Assembly (NCBI GenBank): GCA_026026165.1
Contig: JAPEUD010000058.1
Location: 1 to 64,000 of the forward strand
Direction: 5' to 3'
From: Sarea resinae
Lineage: Eukaryota
DNA length: 64,000 bases
Made by a program: the position numbers and the translations under genes. How positions within the stretch are numbered: the stretch's first letter is position 1; every line of letters begins with the position of its first letter. This document shows positions 1 through 12,004 of the stretch, one piece after another. Below the pieces are notes generated by a model, which was not told where the DNA came from, did not search any database, and saw nothing but the letters and a program-made list of their open reading frames with translations.

Positions 1-510
1 TATCTGTGCTTCTACTTGTGCTTCTACTTGTGCTTTTACTTATATCTATAATACTAATCCCTATCTCTCTATCAAATTCTTACTTCTTAGTATCAAGTTA
101 TAGAAGCAAGTAAGTGCGTAACACTACCTCTTATCCTACTTGAGCAGCAACTAGAGTATAAACACTTATACTACCTACTGATCTAGATCGCGCTTTTCTC
201 TTTATAACCAATACTAGCGCTACTGCTACTGATACTAAGATATACATGTCCTTGTTCTTTTTCTTCTAGCTTTCTTTAGGTGGGATATAGGGTGTGTATA
301 GGGGGGTTGTATAGGGGGTGTATATAGGGTGTAGGGTCCAGTGTGTAGTGTGTAAGGGTGTAGTGTAGGGTGTAGTGTGTTTAGCGGATAGAGGGATAGA
401 GGATAGAGGGATAGAGAATAGAGGGTAAGCGATAACAGATCAGAGACAAGAGTATAGAGGATGGAGAATAGAGGATAGAGTGGTTCTTATTCGTATTCCT
501 AGGTAGTATT
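1..510. repeat. AT/TpA-rich low-complexity island with RIP-like signature
   Basis: Excess TAG/CTA/TAT, scarce TGG/CCA; degenerate repeats (TGTGCTTCTACT)x3 and (GGATAGA)n; no ORF. Confidence 0.55.
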
Positions 511-581
511 ATCGCCGTGCCCCTTGACCGTCTTCCTTACCGTCCTCCTTGCTGTTCCCTTTGCCATTTTTATCATCGTTA

Positions 582-3122
582 TCATGATTCATGGTCGTGG
601 TCGTGGTCGTGTTCACGATGCTCATCATCCTCGCCATCAATCCCGCTCCCGAAATCAAGCCGCATGAGTAAGTGATCGACCCCTCCCCTCGCGCCGCCGG
701 GCCGCCACGGTAGAAACGCCGATGCCGCCTCCACAGCGCCTTCACCTCCACCTCCACCTCCACCTTCAACTTCACCACCACTCCACCCCGACGTCGACGC
801 CGAGGGCTTCTCAATCCCCGCCCCCATCCCCGTCCCCACACGCCCATCGTCGCCCAGCCCCCTCAGCACCCCAACAACAGCCCTGACGCCCCGATTCACC
901 CCGACGACAGCCGTCTCCAGCTCCGCGCGCACGCGGCGTTCCTCGCGCGTCCAGTCGACAAAGGCATCGACGACGCCGTCGTCCGTCTCGAGATCCGTCT
1001 GCAGCTGCGCCGTCTCGAGCCGGCTGATGAGGGCGATGAGAGCGTCGGTTTGGGCTAGGAAGGCGCGTAGGGTGTGCGTGAAGTGTGAGTGTGGGTGTGA
1101 GGGTGGCGAGGTCAGGAGGAGGTGGCGCGCTAGTGCGTGCTGGTAGATGGTGTGGGCGCGCGAGATGGTTTCCGGGTCGTGTGGTGGGCGGCGTGGAGGG
1201 TGGCTGTTGGAAGGAGGGACAGAGGCAGAGGCAGAGGCCGAGGCAGAGGCGGACATCCAGATGTCGGCACCGGCGTGCTCGAGTGAGAGACTGTTCCGCG
1301 GCTTCGGTATCGCCGTGGACGTCGCTGTTGCTGGCCGTGACGGATGCGACTGGCTGCTGCCCGAAGAAGACGGCGGACGAGCTGCGGACGGCCCCTCCAA
1401 CCACGTACGAAACACCTCCCAAGACCCCCGGACCACCTCGCCCTGGAAATACTCGCCCATCTCGCCGAGCAGGAACACGGCCGCGCTACAAGAGGCCCAC
1501 ACGCGCCGCATAAACTGGGACCGCGCGTTGGCTCGGGCACGCTTGGCGCGGACGATCTCTTGACCCCGCGCCGTGCAGCTGTGCGGCGGCCCCAGCGGCG
1601 ACGGGTGGTCGCGGCGCAGCGTCGTGTGCTTCCAGAGGTCGGTGAGACGCACATGGGCGCGCCGGATCGAGAGCAGGTACGCGTGGATGGACGAGTAGAC
1701 TTTCAGGTCCGAGGCGGTGAGGAAGAGGTCGAGGGGCGAGGGGATAGATAGCAAGAGCGTGGTCGGGGTCGAGAGCAATAAATCGTCAAAGGGGGTGTCG
1801 GAGAGATGGAGCTTCCGATCGTCGTCGTCAATGACTCCTTTCGGTCTGCTTCGTGCCGTCTGCGACGCATCGGAAGGCTTCGACAGGGAGAGATGGATGA
1901 GATCGCGCGCTAGGTCGAGGAGTTCGTCCACGGGGTCTTCCTCGGTCGCATACGACGAGAGCGTGGCCCAGGTCCGGGCTAGAACGGCGGTGACTTCGCC
2001 TTCTTTGATGACCACCTCCGCAAGCGCGTCTGATGGTTTGCTGGTCTGCGCTCCGGCCCGTCGATGTCGGGAGCGGATCCGCTCGTCTGCTTCGTTGATG
2101 AGAGCAATCGCAAACTCGCCGCGTCCAAGGAGAAAGAAATCGCGAAGCAGTGAAAGCATCTCTAGGATTTTGGGTAATGGAAGCAGTTGCTGTAGAGTGT
2201 TCTGGGAGAGCGAAAGCCGAATCGACGCAATGGCGCGGGACAGACTAGAAGGAGAAATGGGAGAAGAGAGTCCAGAGAGAAAACGAAGATGTTTAGGCAA
2301 AAGCGCCAGTTCCGGAGATGTCAACGATCTGGACTCCGAGACGGCAATCGTCGAGCCTCTGGTTCGGATGTGATCCAAAGATCTGCCTATAAAAAGAATA
2401 GATGACGCCGTAGACAAAGTGACGAAGCGTGGCATGAGACTGCTCCTGAGCACAAACTCCGACTTGCCCGAATTCACTTCCACTTGAATGAAAAAGTCGT
2501 CTTTGCCGAACGTAGGCAATCGGCCATAGAGCACCCAGCTGGACAATTGTCGCAGCCAGGCCGTCTCGGCCACTTTTCCTAGGTTCAACGCGGCTTCCTC
2601 GATATCTGGGTAGCCCGTTTGCGCCTCGTCACGCAACTTATCGATAATGGCCGCCCCAGAGCACAGTTCTTGAACTCGTTGCTTGTCGCCGTCATCCACC
2701 AAGGGTAGCATATATCTCGCCATCTCCCAAAGCCATTCCATTCGTCTAGTCCACTCATCGAATTCTCCCACGATTCCCGATAGCGGCACAATCTCGTATC
2801 CACCCACAAGATCCGAGTCCTTCTTGAGCAACCTGCTCTCGACATCGAGAATCTTCTGCTGGAACCGCGCAAGCTGCGTCGATGCGATGGCTGTCGAGAC
2901 CGCGCGACATATCGTCGACGGGTGAGATGAGGAGATGCGCGTCGTATGCGCCTGCAGTTGGCGATGGAGATCACTGAGTCTGGATAGAGAGGCTAGGACG
3001 GCCTTTTCCGGCGGCGATAGGAGCGGGAATGTTGCGCTGCTCGATTGAAGGCCACCTTTGCCCGGTGGCGGAAGGAGGGGGGATGGGTGTCCGGAGAGGG
3101 CAAGGAGGATTTCGTGGAGCAT
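582..3122 (-). CDS. GCP4: Gamma-tubulin complex component 4 (Spc97/Spc98 GRIP family)
   Basis: 846-aa single-exon ORF; MLHEILLALSG start, WLRQLSSWVLYG, SILFIGRSL and DFFLLGRGEFA motifs typical of GCP4. Confidence 0.88.
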   Translation of the reverse strand: MLHEILLALSGHPSPLLPPPGKGGLQSSSATFPLLSPPEKAVLASLSRLSDLHRQLQAHTTRISSSHPSTICRAVSTAIASTQLARFQQKILDVESRLLKKDSDLVGGYEIVPLSGIVGEFDEWTRRMEWLWEMARYMLPLVDDGDKQRVQELCSGAAIIDKLRDEAQTGYPDIEEAALNLGKVAETAWLRQLSSWVLYGRLPTFGKDDFFIQVEVNSGKSEFVLRSSLMPRFVTLSTASSILFIGRSLDHIRTRGSTIAVSESRSLTSPELALLPKHLRFLSGLSSPISPSSLSRAIASIRLSLSQNTLQQLLPLPKILEMLSLLRDFFLLGRGEFAIALINEADERIRSRHRRAGAQTSKPSDALAEVVIKEGEVTAVLARTWATLSSYATEEDPVDELLDLARDLIHLSLSKPSDASQTARSRPKGVIDDDDRKLHLSDTPFDDLLLSTPTTLLLSIPSPLDLFLTASDLKVYSSIHAYLLSIRRAHVRLTDLWKHTTLRRDHPSPLGPPHSCTARGQEIVRAKRARANARSQFMRRVWASCSAAVFLLGEMGEYFQGEVVRGSWEVFRTWLEGPSAARPPSSSGSSQSHPSRPATATSTAIPKPRNSLSLEHAGADIWMSASASASASASVPPSNSHPPRRPPHDPETISRAHTIYQHALARHLLLTSPPSHPHSHFTHTLRAFLAQTDALIALISRLETAQLQTDLETDDGVVDAFVDWTREERRVRAELETAVVGVNRGVRAVVGVLRGLGDDGRVGTGMGAGIEKPSASTSGWSGGEVEGGGGGGGEGAVEAASAFLPWRPGGARGGVDHLLMRLDFGSGIDGEDDEHREHDHDHDHES

Positions 3123-3427
3123 GATGGCAGATGATCTTCAGACAGCGTCCTAGATAAGTCTCAGCATGGAGGATTGCAATTGTAACAGAGACACAACTTA
3201 CGAGAGTTGAGGGGTCCGTTGTTTTGACGAGCTTTCGTGGATCAAGAGTAGCAACGAGCCCAGAATCTCAAAGCGACACATCGAAAGGCGGTGTCAATTC
3301 CTTTTGGCTTTTGGCTGGTCATCACAAGGGATCAAATTAGCAGACACGGAAAGATAAAGGGTCGTTGAGATCCAAATAACATTGTTGAAGAGGGATTGAT
3401 TATCGATATCGTGTTGAGTAGCGCCAA

Positions 3428-3480
3428 TCCGCGTTGCGCAGAAGGGCACTGCCGCGACGCGCTACGCTTAGACGCGCCGC
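3428..3480. promoter_or_regulatory. Cluster of CGCG (MCB-like) elements upstream of GCP4
   Basis: CCGCGTT, CGCGACGCG and GACGCG within about 50 bp, about 320 bp upstream of the ATG. Confidence 0.4.
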
Positions 3481-4266
3481 AAAGTGTCCACTGTCACCAG
3501 CAAATCAACGTATTGATGATTTTGGTATTACCGAGATTTCTCAATACTGCAACAATAGACGTCGTCTTTTGGCTTGATGTGATGATGTGATCCTAGTAAT
3601 CATCTCCCCGGAAACAATTGATCAATGACGTGAATCAAAGATAAGCATTTACTTAGTCAATATTACGTGCAGTAGTCGAGCAGTCTACAGATCAAGTCAG
3701 CTAGCTACACCAATAATCACAAGCATACGACTTGAACTTCTATAACTAATAGATTTTTATTTTGTTCCACGTTTGTTTCGAAGCCGACCAGAACGATTTA
3801 TAATGATAGCCCGGGGTTTAGAGATTTTATCGGGATTGAGAAGGGGGACAGCCAACAGGGAGGGAGGGAAGGACTCCCGACAGGTTGAGAGAGACAGTCG
3901 AAAGGCTGAGAAGATGATCGAGAGGCGACCCAAAATCTTTGTCATACCGTGTTGTCCGTGTCGAACCTATTCCCAGCGAAGAGGTGACACCCTAATCCTG
4001 AATGCGCCTGCGACTGCGACGTGAGAGACGCCACATGGGGAATGCGATGAGAATCAAAGAACCGAGAACCGAGAAAAGAAAATACAGGAGGGTTGAAGAT
4101 GGATGCAAGAAGTGAACGTAGTGAAGAAGCAACGAAATTCTATGAAACTTCACGCAAGATCAAGCGAGGAGAGAAATGCACGCGGCCGAACTCCCAGGGA
4201 AATTTGTTTATATGAAGAAAAAAATAAAGAAACAACTGTCAAGACCTGCAACTCCGGTCAAACTTT

Positions 4267-5598
4267 CTAAGCATGGGGGGCGAATCCAAGGCTCGGCGCA
4301 CCTCCCACCTGGCTGAAGACAACGAATTGACTCTTGAATAGTACATCGCCGAAGATCTGTAGGCCCTGTCCCTGGTTGCCTTGGAGCGAGCCATAGCAGT
4401 TGTTGGAGCCATCATCCAGGGGTGAAAAGTTGAGCAGGCTACCCGGGACGGTGGCCATGTAGGCTGCATTGATCTGGAGGCTCAAGGACGGCAGCGTGGC
4501 CGAGCAGGGGAAGACGTAGCCGCCATTGGTGGAGTCGTACGTGGATCCCTCGACGGCGTCGTAGTAGGCCGTGACAACGGGCGCGTCGGCAAGCAGAAGA
4601 GAAGTGCCAGTGTCAGCGATCGCGGGAGAGGCATTGGGGTTGGAGACGGTGCCATTGCTGCCGATGGCATATGCACCAGACGTGAATTGCCAGAAACCGG
4701 ATGACGACTCGACCTTGGCATATTGGAGCTCGCCCGTGTATCGGGAGCTGTCGATGGCGCCAAACTCATAGGAGCCAACACTTCCGTGCTTGAGATTCGC
4801 CGTGAAGAGAGGCTGCTTGAGCGACGCCTGAGCCTGTTCGAAAAAGGTCTTTTGCTGGTTTGGCTTGACCGTGTTGATGGAGCCAAAGGCAAGACCGACC
4901 AGGCCGTCGGAGTTGGTATCTGACACAAACGAGGACGAGACGGCTGTGGCCAGCTCAACAGCTTGGGAGGTGACGGTGGCGCCGCCGATGTTGACGGTGT
5001 CGGTGCCGACGGTGCCCGAGGCACCGGAACCATCGCCGTACGTAATGTCCCAAGTGGCGCCCTCCATTGGCTGGAAAGTGGGCGATTTGGATGCGTCAAA
5101 GGTGGAGTGACCGACTTGATCGGCTGCCGGGAGACTGGTGTCAAAGACCCAACTGTGAAATGTTAGCTTTGCAGATGAGAGATGGAGAGAGCGCACGTAC
5201 AGATCAGCGGAGCCGGTGTCGAAGTCGAGGTTCAAGGTCTGTCCACCGATACTGACGGGAGAGATGTACTCGACATCACCATCCGCAGGAGTGGAAGTCA
5301 CGTCACCGGTCTCCGAGGCGGAGGTGCTGTTGCTGGTGATAGTAATGGAGGTGCCATTGCTGCTGACGGAGCCTGCGGCGCTGTCATGATTGACGGCGTT
5401 GGCGAGATCGGCAGTCATGTTCCATCCAAACTTGACAAATGCCTTGCGGACGGCAACCTTTCCAGCCTTGGGGTGGTTGGATTGCACTTGGACCTTGAAG
5501 GACCGGCCTTCGAGATCACTGGATGGGGCAGGCACAGGCGCCGCCAAGGCAAGAGTCGAGAAGAGGCCGAGGACAACTAGCGACATTGAGTGATGCAT
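4267..5598 (-). CDS. Secreted aspartic endopeptidase (pepsin family A1, aspergillopepsin-like); one intron 5153-5200
   Basis: Signal peptide and propeptide; catalytic FDTGS and ADTGT motifs; YGDGS flap; IFGDVLFKSQFVVF; GTACGT...GCTAAC...CAG intron restores DLW. Confidence 0.93.
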   Translation of the reverse strand: MHHSMSLVVLGLFSTLALAAPVPAPSSDLEGRSFKVQVQSNHPKAGKVAVRKAFVKFGWNMTADLANAVNHDSAAGSVSSNGTSITITSNSTSASETGDVTSTPADGDVEYISPVSIGGQTLNLDFDTGSADLYVRSLHLSSAKLTFHSWVFDTSLPAADQVGHSTFDASKSPTFQPMEGATWDITYGDGSGASGTVGTDTVNIGGATVTSQAVELATAVSSSFVSDTNSDGLVGLAFGSINTVKPNQQKTFFEQAQASLKQPLFTANLKHGSVGSYEFGAIDSSRYTGELQYAKVESSSGFWQFTSGAYAIGSNGTVSNPNASPAIADTGTSLLLADAPVVTAYYDAVEGSTYDSTNGGYVFPCSATLPSLSLQINAAYMATVPGSLLNFSPLDDGSNNCYGSLQGNQGQGLQIFGDVLFKSQFVVFSQVGGAPSLGFAPHA

Positions 5599-5819
5599 CT
5601 TGAGGAGTGCTTGTTACTAAAGTTGAGTTGAGCCGAACTTGGAATTGAAGTGAAAGTTGAAAGTGAAAAGTCAAGTCGAAAATGTTCGTCAAAGGACAGT
5701 TGATGATTGCTCAGCAACCAAAAGAGAGTGAATGAGCAAGAAGCTGAAAGAGTGTTATCTGAAAGATAGTGTGGTAGTTGGTGCTGATGAGAGAAGAATA
5801 AACGGAGGAAACGAGAGGA

Positions 5820-6303
5820 TTATATAAAAAAAAGATGAAGTCGTTCGCGGAGATGGATTCACTTCATCCCTAGCCAGGAACGCATGAATGAGTGAAGCTC
5901 CAGAAGAGGGCAAGACATTTCGGCCGCGGGCACATCGACTTTGAAGGAAGCAAGACAACGGTCATAGCACGGAGGAGTCGAGGCGTGGAGAAGAGGTCCA
6001 TTCGTCGCGGCCCGTTCGGCGGGAAAGACAGCGCAAAGAGAGAACGACCAAGTCAGCGAGTGCATGATTGAGTAATGAGTATACGATCCGTGTAAGATGG
6101 TAGCAAAGTTGATATCCGGAACGGGACATCAACAACGGCCCAGGGCCATTGAGCCTGTATCCGATCGCAGCGTCCGCCACGAATGGAAAGTTTATCGTAA
6201 GCGCAGGCAATCATGAGTCGGGACAGGTGCAACAGAAGACTCCTGGAAACAATCCAGGCATGGCCAATGCTAGCCGGCGGTAACTAGCAGCAGCCAAGCC
6301 AGG
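5820..6303. promoter_or_regulatory. Putative TATA box and PacC-type GCCARG sites upstream of the acid protease
   Basis: TATATAA (minus strand) near 5820-5826; GCCAGG at 5873; overlapping GCCAAGCCAGG at 6293-6303. Confidence 0.35.
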
Positions 6304-7904
6304 CGGTATGTTGCAGAAAGAAAAAAGGCTAGTCGATCATGGTCATGTCTGGCTTGAGATAGAATGACTTTTTGAAACGAGTCTGCGATCCCTCCGACGA
6401 CCCCCATCTCGAAGACAGGCGCGTTTCGAGGATGCGCCATCTGCTTGGCCGATTGATATCGAGAGTTCAAGTCGAGACTTGGGAGAGCCGTCTTCGAGTC
6501 ATCATCTTCTCACCGAACCGAGCTCCCACTATGACACACCAGGGGAAAGCGCCGCTGAAGCCTAGACTGCAAGACACCCTGGTTTCCTGGAACCCCTCGT
6601 CCTTTCAGGTAGGTACGCAACGTTACTTGGGGGACGCCTTGAGGTCGCTTGCTCGTACCGGCGGCCCTAGTTGGCCCTCTGAACGCTCTTCGGGCCACCT
6701 GGAGAAGAGGGACGAGGGGACGAGGGAGTAGAGGGGCCGAGGAGACGGGGCCGAGAGGATGGTCGGAAAGGTTCAACCCTTGGGCGATGCACACAGTGCG
6801 CAGTGAGATGGCATCGACCCGACTCTCGAGTGAAAATGGTTCCTCGCCCTGGACGTGGAGTCGGTGATCGATGCGCAATCGTCGCATCGCCATGTATTAC
6901 GTCGACCGGGTTTTGTGTTGACGCCGTCGCTTCTTCTGATGCATGAATACCTACCAATACAGGCAACGCATCGCCAGAGACGGCAGCCCTGCCAACACAC
7001 TGGTGAAACATTCATCTAACGGTTGAACGCCCGCTGATGCCGTACACGCCATACAATCGTGACATCTTCCCATCCATCCCACCCTGCCCATGTGACTCAC
7101 AATGACTCGTCTCCCATCCACCGCCCATCGGTTCAGATTCCTCCCGTGGCTGCCAAGTGACTGTTGACTGTTTACTCCTGGCCCCGCTGCTCCGCCGTGC
7201 TCCCAGGTACCCCCTCTCTTCGGTCTCCGCCAAAGAGTACGGGGTACGGGTACTTCCACCATCCGTATTCGGACTCCTGACCACAGTAAACCCGTTCCGC
7301 GGACATGGCGCACGTCGCCGGCCACCCTAACCCTTGCGGGCGCTTCTCCCGTACAGGTTGGTGGCGCAAGGGTGGAGGTATTATTATTCTGTACCAAGGA
7401 CCTGATTCTCAACGTCCCCTCGGTCGTCTGAGATCCCGTCGCACACTATTCCCCGCAAAGAATCCCAGTGCCCGACTCCCCGACTATACTTCAACGACTT
7501 CCTCCCCAGGAACACGACCAAGGGACAGGCCGATTTGACTTCGTCAAGCCTTCTGTCCTTGCGCAGCTGTACGAGGTATAGGTATACGAGGTATAGGTAT
7601 ACCGCCGCACCAGACCAGCGACAGCTCCCGACCTGAGGAAAAGGTATCGGGTCATGTCTCGGCCATCTACGGAGAATTCCAGGCCTTTTCGAACTTGAGT
7701 CCGTTGCGTGCCTTTCGTGTCGTACAACTGATACACGATCTCACGGCCGATGTGCCGCGACTGACAGTTCTGTACAGACGCGTGGCCGAAGCTCTATCAT
7801 CAGACATCCGACATGTTGCCGTCGACGAGAATGCCCGACTCCGCCGTCGCCGGAAGGGATGGTTAAATAAGAAGGCCCGTTCGGGATCAGGTCAGATAAT
7901 GGAC

Positions 7905-9937
7905 TCAGATCATATACTCGAAAGGCTCTGGACCACCGAAACGCTTCTCGGCCGACGCTCCGACCAAGCCTTCGTGCTCTTGCTGGCCAAATCGCTCGTA
8001 TTCCGATGCCCTGCACACATTATTCTTCGCGAGCACCATGCGAAGCCCCAGGGACAGGGCGAAAACGAAGAGCATGAAGACTGCACAGACGGACATGCCC
8101 ATCACGTACAATGGCTTGTCTGAGGCCGGATAGAGTCGGGTGCCCAGCAACGGCCCACACTGGCCGATGACATTCAGCATGGCGATCCCGGTCCCTTTCT
8201 TGGAATCGGATTCCTGATTGTTGATTGTCCAGGTGATGATGATTGTGATAGCGGAGAAGAAGCCCGCTGCCGCAGGATAGATACCAAAGTATCTCCATCC
8301 ATTCGGCCATCGGCACCAGCCCGCGATTGCGATCAGCATATAGCCGGCCGCAGCGAGGAGAGCATGGAAACAGATGAAAGAGCTTCGTGCGCGGTGGCGA
8401 TCGGACAGAAAGGCGGTGATAAGGACAACGACGAAGGCAACTAGGTAGGGAGGTGCTGAAAGTGCTTGCGAAGATAGAGATGAGTAGCCCATCCTGATGG
8501 CCAGTCAGTGCTCGATTCACACGTCTTAATCGACGGGCAACACTTGCTCATGTATAATCGTCGGGAGAAACACGGGCAGGGAACTGAACGCTACGTTGCA
8601 GCTAAAAAACATCATCTGTGGTCGTCAGTACTGTTCTGTTGGTCTTATGGTACGACCCTTTCCAAACAAAACACGAGGTTGACAGTGAAAATGCCCAACA
8701 TACTGCCGTCATATAACATTTTGGATCCTTGAGCGTCTCAAGAATCTCCCTCAACCGCAGACCCCTCTTACCCTCTGTATCGTTCTCGACAGGTCTATCC
8801 TTTCGAAGCCTCAATTTTGCGACATCTCTCTCCCTCTTATTGAAGAACGTTGCGGTTGCAGGACTGTCAGGGAGGTGAAACCACGCAAACGCTGCCACCA
8901 TCACGCTCGGAAACCCTTCCACTAAGAATAAAAGTCGCCATGGAGCAATGGGCCCATGTTCGCCGAGCTTGGTAATCACCCAAGCAAGACTACTCGCAAA
9001 TGATGTCGCCAGGGGGGCAGCAGATATAAACAAGCCCGTCCGAAGTGCGAGCTCTTCTCGTCGGTAGAAGAATGACAAGTAGAAAGGAGCGCCAGGTCCA
9101 AAGGCGGCTTCGCTGATGCCAAGTAGGGCGCGCAGGATGAGCAGGGCGGGGAAGGAAGCTGCCAGCGCCTGAAAAGAGGCCAGGAGGCCCCAGCAGAGCA
9201 CGCAAAGGGATATGTAGATGTGTGGAGGTACGAGGCGGTACAGTAGGGCCATCCACTCGAAGGTAATATAGGTGATGTAGAAGCCCGTGAGAAGCCACTC
9301 ATACTGAGCCGAGCTCAATTTCAGATCTCGGGAGAGTCCTGCGATCTTCGCCTGTGTGTTCAATTCGGCGGTTAGTGCGGTAACATTTTTCGATTCCAAT
9401 GTATATTAGGTAGACATGAATTTACATTGCCAATATCTGCCGATCATGCCGTCAGCGCATTCAAAGGGAATACAATCGAAGCGTCGAGACCACTCAAATG
9501 GAGAGTAACATACTCGATCTGTCTAGGAAGCTCAGCATGTAGAGCATGGAAATGAACAAGACGACCCTTCGATCCAGCTTCCACAGGACGGCGCGCTCCT
9601 CGTCCGGGGTATAGAGTCCCATGCTTGAAGCGGTGTTGATAGTCGTGGTGCTCGCACTCATCATCCGTCTTACCGACATGGACCGTTCGTCCTTGGTCTC
9701 CTCATCATCTTCTCGGTCAGAGAGCAGCTCCTGGCGCAATGGCGACGAGGGTGGAGATGTGCTTTTCCCGGCCTCATCTTGCGAGAGGGCCTTCAGGCGA
9801 AAGCTCTGGCCGAGACTCTCACGGTCATGGCCATCGTACGGACCGAGATCCTCTTCCTCGGGGCCATCAGCATCGACAGTGCGGTGTGAGGGAGAGTGGG
9901 TGCGGGCATGGGCACTGGCATTGGCGGTCGAAGCCAT
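7905..9937 (-). CDS. MFS transporter, anion:cation symporter (Dal5/Tna1-like) family; 5 exons
   Basis: KLDRRV, LSFLDRSNIGNAKIAG, FFYRREELALR and WRLLFLVEG motifs; multiple TM helices; includes an 11-nt microexon and a GC-AG intron. Confidence 0.9.
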
Positions 9938-10560
9938 ATTACCGCTGGTCGGTGAGACGTGAGACCAAGGATTGATGCTGCGATCAGAGAGCAGATGCCG
10001 TGTCATGGCCGCGGACAGACAGTCGATTGACAATGAATGGCGATGATTACCTCGACACCTCGACAGCTCCACACCTCTATCCACACTGTTACAGCCACAC
10101 CTTCTCCTTCTCCCCACCGTCACTACGCGTAGCTGGAGAGGTCCGAAGGGGTCTACTACGCACGGTGCTGCTTTTCGGCTTTTCCGTTCTTCAGCTCTTC
10201 TACTCTTCTACTGTTCTGCTGTTCTGCTCTCCCGCTTCGTCTCTACGCAGTACTCCAGCTCTGATTACAACCATGGACACCTTGCTCGCTTCCCGATAAC
10301 CGTAGGGCGGACAAGGCGCCCCGGCGGGTGATCTTCGCCAACCCGGTCGGTCCCCAACTTGGCATGTTCGGCACAGTCATCCCGGTTCGACGTCCGCTGG
10401 GACACCATGGAGATAGTGGAGATACGCGATACGGAAGACCGACGTGTTAAATATGATACTACCTCTTACATCGAATCGATGAGAGAGATGAAGACAGAAA
10501 TCTGAGAGAAGCTGAGACCCTCAAGTAAGGAGTACCCGGATACAATGAACCGCCATCGGA

Positions 10561-12004
10561 CTACTCATCCGCGAACCCCACTGCCGCCGTCGCCGCCGCC
10601 ACTTCTTGGTCCAGTGGCAGGATATCGGGAATCGGTCCGAGAGGGGTGATGCTCTGCGATGGCTGTTAGCGGCCTGGACCATCGAAAGGAAAGGCACTGA
10701 CAAGCGGCGTGGACGTACAAATTGATTGATCTGTTTATGACTCTTCGTATAGTGGTTCTTGATGTGTTCAAACTGCGTCGTTGACCCAAAAGCAGGCACA
10801 TTCCAGTACAGGTTTTTCAACCATTTGTGCAGGCCCGGATACCCGGAACGAATATCGCGCAGGTTGGTCTTAAAGTGCTGAACGTAGACGACGTCGAAGC
10901 GGACGATGGTGGTGTAGAGACGGATGTCGGCTTCGGTGATGTGAGCACCGTAGTAGAAGGGCCGTGCGTGGGCGGCGACATGGGCTTCGGCCTTGTCAAG
11001 GGCGGCAAAAAGGGGTATGACAGCTTTCTCATACGCTTCTTGCGTGCTACGAAAAAAGGTAGATATCAGGATCTCTGCCGAAACGAGGGAGGCACAGAGA
11101 CTCACGTCGCAAAGCCGGACTTGTAGACTCCGTTATTGATATCATTATACGTCCACTCGTTGGTTGCTTCGATCTCGGATCGCAGATCCTCGGGGAAGAG
11201 ATCCACATTCTTGTATTTCTCCGGCAACAGATCATCAAATTCATAGTAGAACATCCGAATGATTTCGCTGCTTTCATTGCTGACAATTCTCTTGGCCTTC
11301 TTGTCGTACAGTGTTGGCACGGTAAATCGACCCGTGTACTCTGGATCTACCTGGAAGTAGATATCACGGAGATGGCTGTAGTTGTGAAGTGGATCGGGAG
11401 TCACATTCTCTCCGGGAACCTTTTCGTCCGCGGCGGCAAATCTCCATCCTATCGAGAGTGAGAACCTTGAGCAGAGGAAGGGTAGTCTCTTTCGAGAGCA
11501 CCCAGGAACGATATGTGCAACATTACCTTTCTCGAGCATGTGCCAGTGGACCGATGTATAGGGGATGATCTCCTCCAGACCTTTCAGCTTCCGCGTAATC
11601 AAAGCTCGGTGAGCTGGTCCATATTAGCCTCGTCCAAGAGGAGCAGAGAGTCATTGACGAACCCCACGGACACGCGTAAGAGACATATAGGTGGTATCGA
11701 TCCTTCTCAGCAGGGAATTCGGCGCCGGGTTCCTTGGAGATGAAATTCCGAAATTGCGATTGACCGCGCTTAAACTCCCCAGATTTATCGTGCGGCAGCA
11801 CCCAGTCGGTGATCTTCTCCTTGACGTCCTTGAGGGTCCACTAACATTAGCCAAGGATAGCCAAGCTCGCATAACGCGACGAATTAATAGAGAAGACGCG
11901 CATACTGTCATGGTGGCTGCCGATGTCCTGACACTTCTCTGGACTATAGTCGCTGGATTAAGCTGATTCCTGATCGACCCTATCCGTCGCAGAGCTGTAC
12001 TCAT
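10561..12004 (-). CDS. ECM4: Omega-like glutathione transferase / glutathionyl-hydroquinone reductase (Ecm4/Gto family); alternative ATGs at 12004 and 11911
   Basis: [51 protein letters not shown] and [15 protein letters not shown] motifs across spliced exons; ends ..GFADE*. Confidence 0.9.

Noticed and set aside
3900..3985. Fragments resembling a TPP riboswitch (GGCTGAGA, ATACC, GAACCT, CCAGCGAA)
   Set aside because: The P5 GATC..GATAAT element is missing, spacing is wrong, and there is no thiamine gene or intron context
5600..7900. Short ORFs between the protease and the MFS gene
   Set aside because: No motifs or coherent splice structure; more likely promoter and UTR sequence
10300..10400. 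GGTTCGA suggesting a tRNA T-loop
   Set aside because: No cloverleaf or A-box could be built
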